Source of the DNA: Candidatus Dormiibacterota bacterium
GTDB taxonomy: Bacteria; Chloroflexota; Dormibacteria; Aeolococcales; Aeolococcaceae
Length of the DNA stretch: 64,000 nt
NCBI GenBank assembly: GCA_963709585.1
Contig: CAVPXI010000008.1
Location: 32,001-96,000, forward strand
Direction: 5' to 3'
Part shown: piece after piece, positions 8,986-19,853 of the stretch
Position numbering within the stretch: the stretch's first letter is position 1
Layout: each line of letters opens with the position of its first letter
The notes under the pieces: model-generated
What the model saw: the letters and a program-made list of their open reading frames with translations, nothing else
Told to the model about the DNA's origin: nothing
The model's database searches: none
Made by a program: the position numbers and the translations under genes

Positions 8986-11352
8986 CTACTCGCTGACCAG
9001 CTCGTAGTCGGGATTCAGGATGGCGAGCCGGCGCGTCCACGATCCGACCATCCCTTCGACGATCAAACGTGCTCCGGGCTCGATGCCGGGAATCTTCGGG
9101 CGCCCCTGGAACACGAGCAGGAGCACGCCGGTATCGTCGGTGATCTCGCATTCGAGGTTGGCCGTGCCCTTGGCGGTCTGCACCCGCAACGACCGGATCC
9201 GGCCGGCGACCCGGACGCGGGTGCGCCAGGCCACTTCGCTGATGGGGATGGTGCCGGTCGCCCGACGAGCAAGCTCTCGATCCACACCCGCGCCACGCAT
9301 CGGCTTGCGGCGGCCTGCGTCGTGCTGCGCGTGTGGCCTCACCTTGCGCCGCTGCGCGGATTCGAGGTTGAACGGAACGATCGTCGCGGCCACATGAGCG
9401 ACCGTGCCGACCGCGTCGGCGATGCCGTCGGCGGTGCGATCGTGCAGCACCCGCGCAAGCCGCGAGTTGAACGCGCGACGCGGGAGGAGCACCGTGCACT
9501 CCGTCTTTCCGTCGGCGACAATATCGGCGACGTACTCGAGCGCCGCTCGTTCCAGGCGGCGGTCCCGGCACTCCACGATGTCGAGCGGCAGGTGTGCGAG
9601 GCCCAACCTGCTCCATTCGTCCTTGAGCTGTTCGGTGGCTACGGCATCGATGTCGAAATGCACCGCGCGCACTTCGTCCGGCCGCAGCGTGCGCGCGTAC
9701 TGCACCGCTCGCGCCGCGGCCATGTCGAGTTGACCCACGAGCACAAGAACGACGTGACGTTGCAGGACCGGCGCTTCGGCGGCTGCGGCCGCCCCGGTCT
9801 CCAGCTGCTTCTCCTCCGCCACGTACTGCCGGTGGAGCCGGATCAGTCCGTAGTACAGAGGTGGCCCGACCACGATCACGATCCAGGCGCCCTCGAAAAA
9901 CTTGGTGACCATCAGAATCCCCACGACGGCGACCGAAAGCGCTCCCGCAAACCCGTTGATCACCGCGCCGAGGCGCCACCGCCTGGCGCGTTGGGTCAGA
10001 TGATGTTTGAGCATGCCGAACCCGGCAAAGGAGAATCCCGTGAAGACGCCGATCGCGTAGAGACCGACCAGCGAGTTGAGGTTCGCTTTGAACACGATGA
10101 TCAGGAGGATCGCCACCGCGGCGAGCACGAAGATGCCGTTCGAGAATGCAAGCCTGTGGCCGCGCCTGGTCAGCTGGCGCGGCAGGAATGAGTCGCCGGC
10201 GACGAAGCTCGCCAGGTAGGGAAACCCGTTGAAGCTGGTGTTGCCACCCGTGAAGAGGATCATCACCGTCGCCGCCTGCACGAGATAGAAGAGCCCGGTG
10301 CCCACCCACGTGTTGCCGAGGACGTACTGCACCTCCTGCGAGACCACCGTCGGGCTGCCACTGGCATACGGAACCGCGTGGGTCCAGTGCGCGAGCAACG
10401 ACGTCCCCAGGACGAGGAACCCTAGGATCCCGCACATGACCAGGAGCGCGATGCGTCCGTTTCGCGCTTCGGGTTTGCGGAAGCTGGAGATGCCGTTGGA
10501 GACTGCCTCCATCCCGGTGAGCGAGGATCCGCCATTTGCAAAGGCGCGCAGGCAGTAGAAGATCCCCAGCCCCATGAGGAATCCGCGCTGATTACCGATT
10601 GGATAACCGAGCATGCCGGCGCTCGGGAGTGCATGCACGTGCAGCCCACCGAGTACACCCTTGACAAGCCCGATGATCACCACGAGTGACAGTGACACCA
10701 CGTAGAAATACGTGGGGATCGCAAAGATGGAGCCCGCTTCGCGGATCCCGCGCAGATTCCCGAACAGCATGAGCAGTGTGACCGCGACAGTGATTCCGAT
10801 CGTGATTGCGGTCGGCCTCAGCGCTGGAAATGCCGACGACAGCGCCGCGGTCCCCGCCGACGTCTGCACGGCGACCGTGACCGTGTAGTCGATGAGCAAT
10901 GCCACCGCTGCCACCTGCGCGACGTTCGGTCCGAAGTTGTCGCGCGCCACCACGTAGGACCCACCGCTCTTCGTATAGACACCGATGACCTGGATGTACG
11001 AGATCATTACAAAGACCATCACGGCGAGGATCGCCAGCGTGATGGGGATAACCATCGCGAATGCGGCGAGCCCGATGATCGGCACCATGACGACCAACAT
11101 CTCTTCGGTGCCGTACGCGGACGACGAGATCATGTCCGGAGCCAGCACTCCGATTGCGACGGGCGTGGCGAGCCGCTCCTGGGTCAGTTGTTCCGACACC
11201 ATCGGTGGGCCGAGGATGCGGTTCTTGAGCCGGTACGCCCAGGACTCGGGATAAGACCCCCCTCCCGGTGCGTAGGGGACGTCGGGAGCCAGTGGGCGCG
11301 AGGGCGCCAGCGGCAGACCCTGAGGCTCTTCCACGGCCGCAGTATGCCCCAT
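8986..11352 (-). CDS. APC family (KimA/YdaO-like) K+/amino-acid transporter with C-terminal OB-fold extension
   Basis: DMISSSAYGTEE, GGSYVVARDN, LTGMEAVSNG, FLPRQL..RG.RL.FSNGI. The C-terminal ~90 aa (RTRVRVAGRIRSL...LECEITDDTG...FQGR..IPGIEPG...ILNPDYEL) look OB-fold-like. Confidence 0.88.
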   Translation of the reverse strand: MGHTAAVEEPQGLPLAPSRPLAPDVPYAPGGGSYPESWAYRLKNRILGPPMVSEQLTQERLATPVAIGVLAPDMISSSAYGTEEMLVVMVPIIGLAAFAMVIPITLAILAVMVFVMISYIQVIGVYTKSGGSYVVARDNFGPNVAQVAAVALLIDYTVTVAVQTSAGTAALSSAFPALRPTAITIGITVAVTLLMLFGNLRGIREAGSIFAIPTYFYVVSLSLVVIIGLVKGVLGGLHVHALPSAGMLGYPIGNQRGFLMGLGIFYCLRAFANGGSSLTGMEAVSNGISSFRKPEARNGRIALLVMCGILGFLVLGTSLLAHWTHAVPYASGSPTVVSQEVQYVLGNTWVGTGLFYLVQAATVMILFTGGNTSFNGFPYLASFVAGDSFLPRQLTRRGHRLAFSNGIFVLAAVAILLIIVFKANLNSLVGLYAIGVFTGFSFAGFGMLKHHLTQRARRWRLGAVINGFAGALSVAVVGILMVTKFFEGAWIVIVVGPPLYYGLIRLHRQYVAEEKQLETGAAAAAEAPVLQRHVVLVLVGQLDMAAARAVQYARTLRPDEVRAVHFDIDAVATEQLKDEWSRLGLAHLPLDIVECRDRRLERAALEYVADIVADGKTECTVLLPRRAFNSRLARVLHDRTADGIADAVGTVAHVAATIVPFNLESAQRRKVRPHAQHDAGRRKPMRGAGVDRELARRATGTIPISEVAWRTRVRVAGRIRSLRVQTAKGTANLECEITDDTGVLLLVFQGRPKIPGIEPGARLIVEGMVGSWTRRLAILNPDYELVSE

Positions 11353-11407
11353 GCCGGAGATGGCGGCGATACCGCCGGACCCGTGAACGACCTGCTTGAA
11401 TGGAGCC

Positions 11408-12097
11408 GTGCACATCGTCATCGTCGGCTGCGGGAGGGTCGGCTCCGGCCTCGCTCGTGCCCTCGAAGCCGAGGGTCACACGGTGTCGGTCATCGACCGC
11501 AATCGCAGGGCTTTCCGCCGTCTTCCCGCCGACTTCAAGGGGCTCATCGTCGAGGGGTCCGGGTTCGACAGGGACGCCCTCAACGACGCGAAGATTGCAC
11601 AGGCGGACGCTTTCGCCGCGGTGACCTCGGGCGACAACTCCAATATTCTCGCTGCCCGCATCGCCCGCGAAACCTTCGGCGTCGAGCGCGTCGTGGCGCG
11701 CATCTACGACCCGCAGCGTGCCCAGGTGTACCAACGACTTGGGATCCCCACCGTGGCGACGGTCACATGGACGGTGGATCAGGTGCGCAGCTGGTTGCTG
11801 CCTGAGGAGCTCTCACCCCACTGGCGTGACGCCACGGGCTCGCTGCTGCTCATGGACCGCGTCCTTCCCGAGCACCTTGCGGGACAGAAACTGTTGTCGT
11901 TGGAGATAGACGGCAAGGTGCGCCTCGTGGCGGTCACCCGGGCGGGCGTCCCTCGACTTGACGCCAGAGGCCTGGTCGGTCAGGACGGCGACCTGCTCCA
12001 TTTCGCGGTGATGAAGGACGACCTCGACGAGCTGGCAGCTCTGCTCGCGCCGCCGAAGCCGGCAGCACTCGCCGTCGCCGCCAAGGTGGAGTCGTGA
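11408..12097 (+). CDS. trkA: TrkA/RCK potassium uptake regulatory subunit (CeoB-like)
   Basis: GCGRVG Rossmann motif, AAVTSGDNSNI, VVARIYDP. Confidence 0.88.
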   Translation: MHIVIVGCGRVGSGLARALEAEGHTVSVIDRNRRAFRRLPADFKGLIVEGSGFDRDALNDAKIAQADAFAAVTSGDNSNILAARIARETFGVERVVARIYDPQRAQVYQRLGIPTVATVTWTVDQVRSWLLPEELSPHWRDATGSLLLMDRVLPEHLAGQKLLSLEIDGKVRLVAVTRAGVPRLDARGLVGQDGDLLHFAVMKDDLDELAALLAPPKPAALAVAAKVES

Positions 12098-12789
12098 AGG
12101 TCGCCGTTGCAGGGGGTGGGAGCGTCGGCATGGCTGTCGCCTCCGACCTCAAGGAACACGGTCACGACGTCTTCATCCTCGAGGTCGACCCCGAGCAGGT
12201 GGCCCGATTCCAGCCACACGTCGATGTTCGATGGATCGTGGCCGACGCCTGCGAGGTGTCGTCTTTGCAGGCCGCAGGCATGGCCGAGGTCGACGTGATG
12301 GTGGCGGCCACCGGCGACGACGAGGACAACCTCGTTATCTCGCTGCTGTCGAAGCAGGAGTTCGCGGTTCCGCGAGTGATTTCGCGCGTCAACAACGCAA
12401 GCAACCAGTGGCTGTTCACAGAGAGCTGGGGGGTCGACGTCCCGGTCTCGACGCCACAGCTGTACACCGCGCTCGTCGAAGAGGCCGTGTCGATCGGTTC
12501 CCTGGTGCACTTGATGAGCTTCGAGGGAGCGTCGGCGCATCTGCTCGAAGTCACGCTGGCAGAGGATTCGCCCGCCCTCGGCCTGCCGATCGGCGAGCTC
12601 GGTCTCCCGCGGGAGTCAGCGATTGTCGCCATCGTCCGCCGCGATCACATGATCATTCCCGACCCGGAGACCTGTCTGTGGGCGGGAGACGAGGTGATCG
12701 TGCTCGCGATGGTCGAAAGCGAGCGCGCGATCCAGACCATCCTAGTGGGCGACGCGCCGGCGACCGTCCCCGCGCCCACGCTCGCGTAG
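12094..12789 (+). CDS. trkA: TrkA/RCK potassium uptake regulatory subunit (CeoC-like)
   Basis: GGGSVG, ATGDDEDNL and an RCK_C domain; GTGA overlap with the upstream gene. Confidence 0.88.
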   Translation: MKVAVAGGGSVGMAVASDLKEHGHDVFILEVDPEQVARFQPHVDVRWIVADACEVSSLQAAGMAEVDVMVAATGDDEDNLVISLLSKQEFAVPRVISRVNNASNQWLFTESWGVDVPVSTPQLYTALVEEAVSIGSLVHLMSFEGASAHLLEVTLAEDSPALGLPIGELGLPRESAIVAIVRRDHMIIPDPETCLWAGDEVIVLAMVESERAIQTILVGDAPATVPAPTLA

Positions 12790-12821
12790 CCGCAGTCGCG
12801 CGGCCTCGCGGGGCGCTTCGC

Positions 12822-13550
12822 ATGTACGTCGACGAGCGTCCAGGCCGCGATCCTGCGACTGTGTGGCTCCATCACGGCGCGGGGTCGACGCGCGCGTGGG
12901 AGACGTTCCTCCCCGCTGCAGCCGGGGGACGCCGGGCGATCGTCTATGACCGTCGAGGATTCGGGCGCTCGTCCCACGCTCGCCGTCTCACGACCGCCAT
13001 GTTCGACGAGGACGTGGCGGAGCTGCGCGCCCTGGTCGGCGAACGGTGCGACCAGCCCGTGCATCTGATCGGGCACAGTGACGGCGGCACGGTCGCGCTG
13101 CTCCTCGCCGCTCGGGCGCCGGAGCTGGTGCTCAGCGTCGCGGTGGTGTCGGTCCACGTGCGCGCTGACCGCACGACCGTGGCTACACTCCGGCGCATGG
13201 GTCCGCCGGAGGAGTGGCCTGACCCGATGCGGCGCAGCCTTCGGCGCGCTCACGGTGAGGACTGGGTCGACGTGGCCGGCCGCTGGTACGCGCTCTGGAC
13301 GTCATCGGAGTGGGAGCGCTGGAGCGCCGTCGACGAGCTTGCCGCGGTTGGCTGTCCCGTCTATGCGATGCACGGGCTCCACGATGACCTATCGCCGCCG
13401 CTCCACGCGGAGGTGATCGGCGATGTCCTGCCCGGGGCGCGGGTCACCTGGGTCGACACGGCGACGCACGACCCTCACCGCGCCGAGCCGGAGCGGTTTG
13501 GCAGCGACGTGCAGTCCCTCTGGCGAGACGCCGAGGCCCGCGGTGGCTGA
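12822..13550 (+). CDS. Alpha/beta fold hydrolase
   Basis: LHHG, YDRRGFGRS, nucleophile elbow GHSDGG. Confidence 0.8.
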   Translation: MYVDERPGRDPATVWLHHGAGSTRAWETFLPAAAGGRRAIVYDRRGFGRSSHARRLTTAMFDEDVAELRALVGERCDQPVHLIGHSDGGTVALLLAARAPELVLSVAVVSVHVRADRTTVATLRRMGPPEEWPDPMRRSLRRAHGEDWVDVAGRWYALWTSSEWERWSAVDELAAVGCPVYAMHGLHDDLSPPLHAEVIGDVLPGARVTWVDTATHDPHRAEPERFGSDVQSLWRDAEARGG

Positions 13551-15098
13551 GCACTTCAACTGCAGCGAGTGGCTCGTCGATCGCCACGTCGAAGCCGGGT
13601 ACGGCGCGCGCACCGCATTGCGCTGCGGCGATGCAGCGATCACGTACGCGGAATTGCTCGACGCAGTGAGCGCCGCTTCGGGGGACTCCGCGGCCTCGGT
13701 GTCCGGGCGGAGGAGCGCGTTGTGATGATCCTTCGCGACGGCATCGAGCTCGCGATCGCAATTCTCGGTGCGATGCGGATCGGAGCGATCGCGCTTCCGG
13801 TCAACCCGCTGCTGCCGCCGCGCGATCTCGCGGCCATCGCCCGCGACGCTCGCGCCCGGTGCGCGATCGTCTCCGCCGATGCCATATCGATGATCGCCGC
13901 GCTGACAGCGGATGCGCCCGACCTCACCGCGCTGGTACGCGTCGGCCCGAGCGACGGCGGTGACGCAACAGGCCATCTCTGGTCCGAGGTCCTCGCGAGC
14001 GGCGGCGACGGGAGCGTCGACGAGACCTCGACCGAATCCCCCTGTTTCTGGCTTTGCACGTCCGGCACCACCGGCCGCCCGAAGCTCGCGATGCACCGTC
14101 ACGCCGACGTGCGCACCACCTGCGACGGCTACGCCCGCGAAGTGCTGGCGGTGCAGCCGGGTGACAAGCATCTCTCGGTGGCTCCGATGTTCCACGCCTA
14201 CGGGTTCGGCAACTCGCTCACGTTCCCGCTCGCCGCCGGCGCGGAAGCGGTGCTCGAACCCACCCGTCCGCCAACCCCGGCGCGCGTGGCGGCGCTGATG
14301 GACCGGCACCGGCCGACGCTCTTTTTCGCGGTACCCACGTTCTACGCCGCGCTGATCGCCGCCGACATTCCAGACACGACCTTCGGCTCACTTCGCCAGG
14401 CCGTCTCCGCGGGTGAGGCCTTGCCCGCGGAACTGTTCCTGCGCTTCCGCGAACGCTTCGGCGTCGAGATCCTCGACGGGATCGGATCGACCGAGATGAC
14501 CCACATCTTCATCTCCAACCGTGCCGGTCACGCGGTGCCGGGCGCGTCCGGAACACCTGTCGGCGGACACGGGGTCCGGGTGCTCGACGACCTGGGCGAC
14601 GAGGTCGCCGTTGGTTCGCCTGGTCAGCTCTGGGTGACTGGCGCCGCCGCAGCGACCGGCTACTGGTGTCGAAGTGAGGAGACCCGGCGGACGTTCGTCG
14701 GGGATTGGGTCGCCACCGGCGACCTGTACGCGGTCGACGCGGATGGGATGTACCGCCACCTCGGCCGTCGCGACGACATGCTGAAGGTCGGTGGCGAGTG
14801 GGTCTCACCCGCCGAGGTGGAGCGTGTGCTGCTCGGCCACGAGTGCGTCGCCGAGGTGGCCGTGGTCGGCGCCCTTGCCGGAGATGGGCTCATGCGCACC
14901 GTCGCGTTCGCCGTGCCGCGCCCTGGAGTGCAGTTCGATGCCGACGACGTGCTGGCGCGCTGCCGCGCCGAGCTTGCCGGCTATAAGCGCCCGCGGCGTC
15001 TGATCGTCGTCGAGACGCTGCCGAAGACCGCGACCGGGAAGGTGATTCGCGCCGAGCTCCGGCGCGAGGCGACCCGCGTGCTCGCCGACGGAGGCTGA
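13543..15098 (+). CDS. Benzoate-CoA ligase family protein (one frameshift at G-run ~13680)
   Basis: N-terminus AEHFNCSEWLVDRH in one frame continues as GLRGLGV...TSGTTGRPK, GIGSTE, ATGD, PKTATGK in another; adjacent to boxBC. Confidence 0.85.
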
Positions 15099-15104
15099 GC
15101 GCCG

Positions 15105-16523
15105 CTAGGTCAGGTGGACGTACTCGTAGTCCACGGACTGGCCGTTGATGCCGGTGGAAGGCGGAGCGATCCATGCGGCCATCCTGCCGGGCTCGAAGAC
15201 AGGCTTCATCAATGACTGGACGTGGTCGAAATCGTCTTCTGTCGGAAGCCACTCCGATCGATGTCGCTCCCAGCTCTCGGCATCGGTGAGTGCTCCACCC
15301 GGGGTCACCCAATGACCGGCAAACGCACCCACACGACGGTTGAACCCGTGATGGGGCAGGGCCAACGTTCTGTCAACGCCTGCCTCCTCGAGGATGCGGT
15401 TCCAGCGGCGCACGCCGTTGTTGCAATCGGTGAAGTATTCGGATCGGAGATCCTGGTTCAGCGCGATCAGGGCAGGGATATCGGCGCGCTCGATGCGCCC
15501 GTCGACAACCACGTCAACGCCGGCGGTGAGCTCGGTGAGCTGGTGGTCGTCGGCTCGGCGCTCTTCCTGCCAGCGGCCCTTGAGGCCGGCGGTGAAGTAA
15601 TTGGCGACGTTGGTGGAGCGCTCGCCGCCGAACAGGTCGAGGGAGACGCTGTAGTGGAAATTCAAATAGCGCTGGAGGATGTCGAGCGGAATACCGCCGT
15701 ATCGCCCGATGCCATCGGTGTCGTGCTCGCGCATGAGCGCAGCGGTACGCCGGACCACGCGGTCGATGCCGGTGGTCCCGACCATCATGTGGTGCGCCTC
15801 CTCACGAAGCATGAACCTGCAGGTGCGGGAGAGCGGGTCGAACCCACTTTCGGCGAGCGTGCCGAGCTGGAATTTCCCATCGCGGTCGGTGAAGTACGTG
15901 AACATGAAGAAGGCGAGCCAGTCTCGCGTCGGTTCATTGAACGCGCCGAGGATGCGCGGCGCATCCACGCTCCCGGAATGGCGCATGAGGAGCTCCTCAG
16001 CCTGCTCGCGCCCTTCGCGCCCGAAGAAGGCGTGGAGCAGATAGACCATCGCCCAGAGATGACGGCCCTCCTCGACATTCACCTGAAACAGGTTGCGGAG
16101 GTCGTAGAGGCTCGGCGCCGTGAATCCGAGCAGCCGCTGCTGCTCCACCGACGCCGGCTCGGTGTCCCCCTGGACGACGAGCAGGCGCTGCAGCTCGGCG
16201 CGATATTCCCCAGGCACCTGCTGCCATGCCTGCGTTCCCATGTGCTCGCCAAAGGCGATGCGCCGGTCGGGCTCGCGGTCGGCCAGGAAGATTCCCCATC
16301 GATACTCCTCGAGCGGGATGTGACCGAAATGAGCCCAGCCGTCGCGGTCCGCGCTGATGGCGGTGCGGAGATACACGTCGCGCGCGATCAGATCCGGTCC
16401 GAGGTCACGCCACCACTGCATGAACCGCGGTTGCCAGGCCTCGAGCGCGCGTTGCAGACGGCGGTCGCCGCGGAGATCCACGTTGTTGGGGATGCGGTCC
16501 GTGTAATCGGCGCTGAGGCTCAT
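15105..16523 (-). CDS. boxB: Benzoyl-CoA 2,3-epoxidase subunit B (di-iron)
   Basis: IPNNVDL, VQGDTEPASVEQQ, VNVEEGRH, YFTDRDGK, EEAHH. Confidence 0.95.
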   Translation of the reverse strand: MSLSADYTDRIPNNVDLRGDRRLQRALEAWQPRFMQWWRDLGPDLIARDVYLRTAISADRDGWAHFGHIPLEEYRWGIFLADREPDRRIAFGEHMGTQAWQQVPGEYRAELQRLLVVQGDTEPASVEQQRLLGFTAPSLYDLRNLFQVNVEEGRHLWAMVYLLHAFFGREGREQAEELLMRHSGSVDAPRILGAFNEPTRDWLAFFMFTYFTDRDGKFQLGTLAESGFDPLSRTCRFMLREEAHHMMVGTTGIDRVVRRTAALMREHDTDGIGRYGGIPLDILQRYLNFHYSVSLDLFGGERSTNVANYFTAGLKGRWQEERRADDHQLTELTAGVDVVVDGRIERADIPALIALNQDLRSEYFTDCNNGVRRWNRILEEAGVDRTLALPHHGFNRRVGAFAGHWVTPGGALTDAESWERHRSEWLPTEDDFDHVQSLMKPVFEPGRMAAWIAPPSTGINGQSVDYEYVHLT

Positions 16524-16524
16524 G

Positions 16525-18226
16525 TCATACCCGTTCCTTGTCCAGCGATGCGCGTTGACCGCTGCCGTAGCGGCGGAGCGCGCCTGCCGGGCCGATTGCG
16601 TTGGGGCGGCTGAACACCCAATTCTGCCAGGCGGTGAGACGGCCGAAGATCTTGGTTTCCATCGTCTCGGGACCGACGAATCGCACGTTCGCCTCCATGG
16701 CGGTGAGCGCGTCGGGGCTGAACGCTGCGCGCTGCTCGAGCGCGATGCGCAGCTCGTCCTCCCAGTCGATGGCATCGGGGGCGAAGGTCACCAGCCCGAG
16801 CTCCGATGCCGCAGCGGCGTCAAGGGAGACCCACGTTGCCGCACGAGCCGCCTCGAGATCGGACGCGCGCCCGAAGAATCGCGCCTCGAGGCGTGAGAGG
16901 TCATTGCCCATCGGGTATAGGCCGGTGTTCGCATCGGTGATCACGATCACCGATGGATGCTGACCCTCCTCCATCGTGCCGTCGAGCATGAACTGCTGGT
17001 CGCACGCGAGCGCGAGTTCGAGCAGGAGTTCCGCCAAAACATCCGCCCGGTTCGATCGACGCCACCAGGCTGCGGCTGGTCACGTCCACACGTTTGAACA
17101 CGCGCTTGAGCAGAAGCACCACCTCGTTGACGAACCAGTCCGACGCACGGTGCTCGAGCAGGAACCGGTCGTGTGCGAGGACGCGGGACATGTCGCCCAC
17201 AGTCTTGATGACCCAGGTTCCCAGGGTGAGCTCGTTGGTCCGGAGGCGAAGGATCAGGTCGTCGAGCTCACGGGCAACGGCGAGCGGCCAGTACCTGCTT
17301 CCCAGGTCGCGTGCTGCTTCGGCATTCTCCGGAGCGGGCTGCTCGGGCCCGATGACGGTGATGGTGACCACGCCCGTGGTCCGGTCGAGCGTGGCGGTGA
17401 CGTGTTCGTAGGCGATCCCATCACTGTCCGACGATGTGGTGAGCGGTTCGAGTGCAACACCATGGGATCGCTTCGCGCGCGAGGAACCCGCTGCGATCGC
17501 CTCGGCGCGGGCGCGCACCAGGTCGTCGAACTGCCCACGTGGAATCGCCGAGTCGACCAGCCCCCATTTCACCGCCGCCGGTGCCTTGACGCCCTCGCTC
17601 TTGGTGACGAAGACGTCGGTGAGATCCCGGCGCACATGCCGTTTGTCGCCGAGACGGGTCAGCCCCCCGGTCGCCGGGAGCACCGCGAGGAGCGGCAGTT
17701 CGGGGAGCGACACCGCCGACGATCCGTCGTCGATGAGCAGGATCTCATCGCAAGCGAGCGCCAGCTCGTACCCTCCTCCGGCGGCGGCACCGTTGACGGC
17801 CGCGATGTATCTCTGTCCGGAGTTGGCGCTCGCGTCCTCCATCTCCAGCCGCGTCTCGTTCGTGAACTTGCAGAAATTGACCTTCCACGGATGCGTGGCC
17901 TGCGCGAGCATCCCGATGTTGGCGCCGGCCGAGAAGCACCGGTTCTTTGCCGAGGTGACGACCACGCACCCGACCTCCGGGTGCTCGAAGCGCAGACGCT
18001 GGACCGCGTCGTGCAGCTCGATGTCCACGCCCAGGTCATACGAGTTCAGCTTCATGACGTAGCCCGGACGCAGCCCTCGCTGCTCGTCGACGTCCATCGT
18101 GAGCGTGGCGACAGCGCCATCAATGCTGAGACGCCAGTGCACGTAGTGCTCCGGGTCCGTGGCGAACGACACCGCCGGGACGCGGTCATCGGTCGTGGCG
18201 ACCTTCTCGGCGGCTTCGAGCATCAT
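16525..18226 (-). CDS. boxC: 2,3-epoxybenzoyl-CoA dihydrolase (one frameshift ~17027)
   Basis: KLNSYDLGVDIEL, KVNFCKFTNETR, and C-terminal ETKIFGRLTAWQNWVF split over two frames. Confidence 0.92.
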
Positions 18227-18353
18227 CGACTTATACCTCCGGGGAGCGTGCGAAGTCCCTCCATTATGGACGCCGACTCCGGACCGCCTTCCCGGAGCCC
18301 GACGCCTTTGCGTCGCTTGATCCCGGGTTCTATGTCTGACTAAGAGTCAGAGA

Positions 18354-19253
18354 ATGGATCAGGCGATGATCGCGCAGGTCCGCCGCTTCAACCGAGTGGT
18401 GACCCAGCACGTCGGCGCCCTCAACGAGCGATATCTCGCCCGCGACCACTCGCTCGGCGAGGCGAGGGTGCTGTGGGAGATCGGCGCTGAGGGCTGTGAC
18501 GTTCGCACTCTTCGCACCCGGCTCGGCCTCGACTTCGGGTACCTGAGCCGGCTGCTCGGATCGTTGGTCGCGGCCGGGCTCATCGTCTTGGGACGGAGCG
18601 GATCGGACCGGCGGATTCGCACAGCTCGATTGACTCCCGCCGGGGTGACCGAGCGTTCGGTGCTCGACGAGCGCAGCGACGAGCTCGCCGAGTTGATGCT
18701 CGCCCCACTGAGCGCTGCGCAGCGTGATCGCCTGACTGCAGCCATGGGGGAGGTCGAGCGGGTCATCACCAGCGCGAGGGTCGCCATCGCTCCCACCGAC
18801 CCCTCGGATCCGCAAGCTCGCGAGTGTCTGGGCGCGTATTTCTCGGAGCTTGACCGCCGGTTCGAGGTGGGCTTCGACCCGTCACAGAGCATCAGCGCGG
18901 ACGACGACGAGCTTCGACCACCGGCCGGACTGCTCGTGCTCGTCCGGCTGCGTGAACGCCCGGTCGGCTGCGGTGCGCTCAAATTCCACGCGGACAATCC
19001 GGCGGAGCTCAAGCGCATGTGGGTCGCAGAATCCGCACGCGGCCTCGGCATTGGTCGCCGCCTGCTGTGCGAGCTTGAACGGCTCGCGGCAACGCACGGT
19101 GCGCGGACCGTGCGACTCGAGACGAATGGGACGCTCACCGAAGCGCTCGCCCTGTATCGGTCGGCGGGGTACATCGAGGTTCCCGCCTTCAACGACGAAC
19201 CGTACGCGCACCATTGGTTCGAGAAGCCGCTGATCGGTGGGGCTGCGACCTAG
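18354..19253 (+). CDS. MarR-GNAT fusion regulator/acetyltransferase
   Basis: VRRFNR...GYLSRLL wHTH followed by ELKRMWV...RGLGIG GNAT domain. Confidence 0.9.
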   Translation: MDQAMIAQVRRFNRVVTQHVGALNERYLARDHSLGEARVLWEIGAEGCDVRTLRTRLGLDFGYLSRLLGSLVAAGLIVLGRSGSDRRIRTARLTPAGVTERSVLDERSDELAELMLAPLSAAQRDRLTAAMGEVERVITSARVAIAPTDPSDPQARECLGAYFSELDRRFEVGFDPSQSISADDDELRPPAGLLVLVRLRERPVGCGALKFHADNPAELKRMWVAESARGLGIGRRLLCELERLAATHGARTVRLETNGTLTEALALYRSAGYIEVPAFNDEPYAHHWFEKPLIGGAAT

Positions 19254-19276
19254 CGGCAGCAGCGCTCAGCGCCCGG

Positions 19277-19780
19277 TCAAGCGCGCGGCGCAGCTGCCTC
19301 GCGTGCGTCGAGATCGAGGTGCAGGATGCGGTTGGTCTCCCCGAATCCGAAGCGCTCGTAGAGCGGATATGCGCGCTCACTTGGATGCACGATCAAATAC
19401 CCGAGCCCACGCGCGTGGGCTTCCGCGATCACAGCTTCGACGAGCGCCCCGCCGATGCCGCGGTTACGGTGCTCCTCGAGAACGAAGACGCTCTGAACAT
19501 TGCCCGCCCGGCGGTCCAATCGCCGCGGCTGCGGGATGCGGTCGAAGATCGCCAGCCATGCCATACCAGCGGGGTGCCCGGCCCGCTCCGCGATGAATTC
19601 CGTGTGGCCCGACTGATGGCCGGACCACCAGTCTGTGAACGCCGTCTCGAACGCCGGCTCCGACAGCCCATATTCATCGCGCTCGGTTATGCGCCACAGC
19701 CAGCGCAGCCGCGCCAGGTCCGCCGCATCCTCGATGCCGGCGCGACGGATTCTCGCGATGGAGTCGCGTGCGTTCGGCAC
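19277..19780 (-). CDS. GNAT family N-acetyltransferase
   Basis: VFVLEEHRNRGIG and LYERFGF motifs; probable GTG start at 19780. Confidence 0.78.
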   Translation of the reverse strand: MPNARDSIARIRRAGIEDAADLARLRWLWRITERDEYGLSEPAFETAFTDWWSGHQSGHTEFIAERAGHPAGMAWLAIFDRIPQPRRLDRRAGNVQSVFVLEEHRNRGIGGALVEAVIAEAHARGLGYLIVHPSERAYPLYERFGFGETNRILHLDLDAREAAAPRA

Positions 19781-19853
19781 AGAGCGACTATCGCACCGGG
19801 AGGCGACGCTGCGCGGACGCCGATGCCTGGTCCAGCCAAGTAACGTTCGCCGG

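Noticed and set aside
12231-12821. 439-aa fused hydrolase ORF
   Set aside because: The upstream part is an Arg-rich off-frame overlap of trkA; only the portion from 12822 looks like protein.
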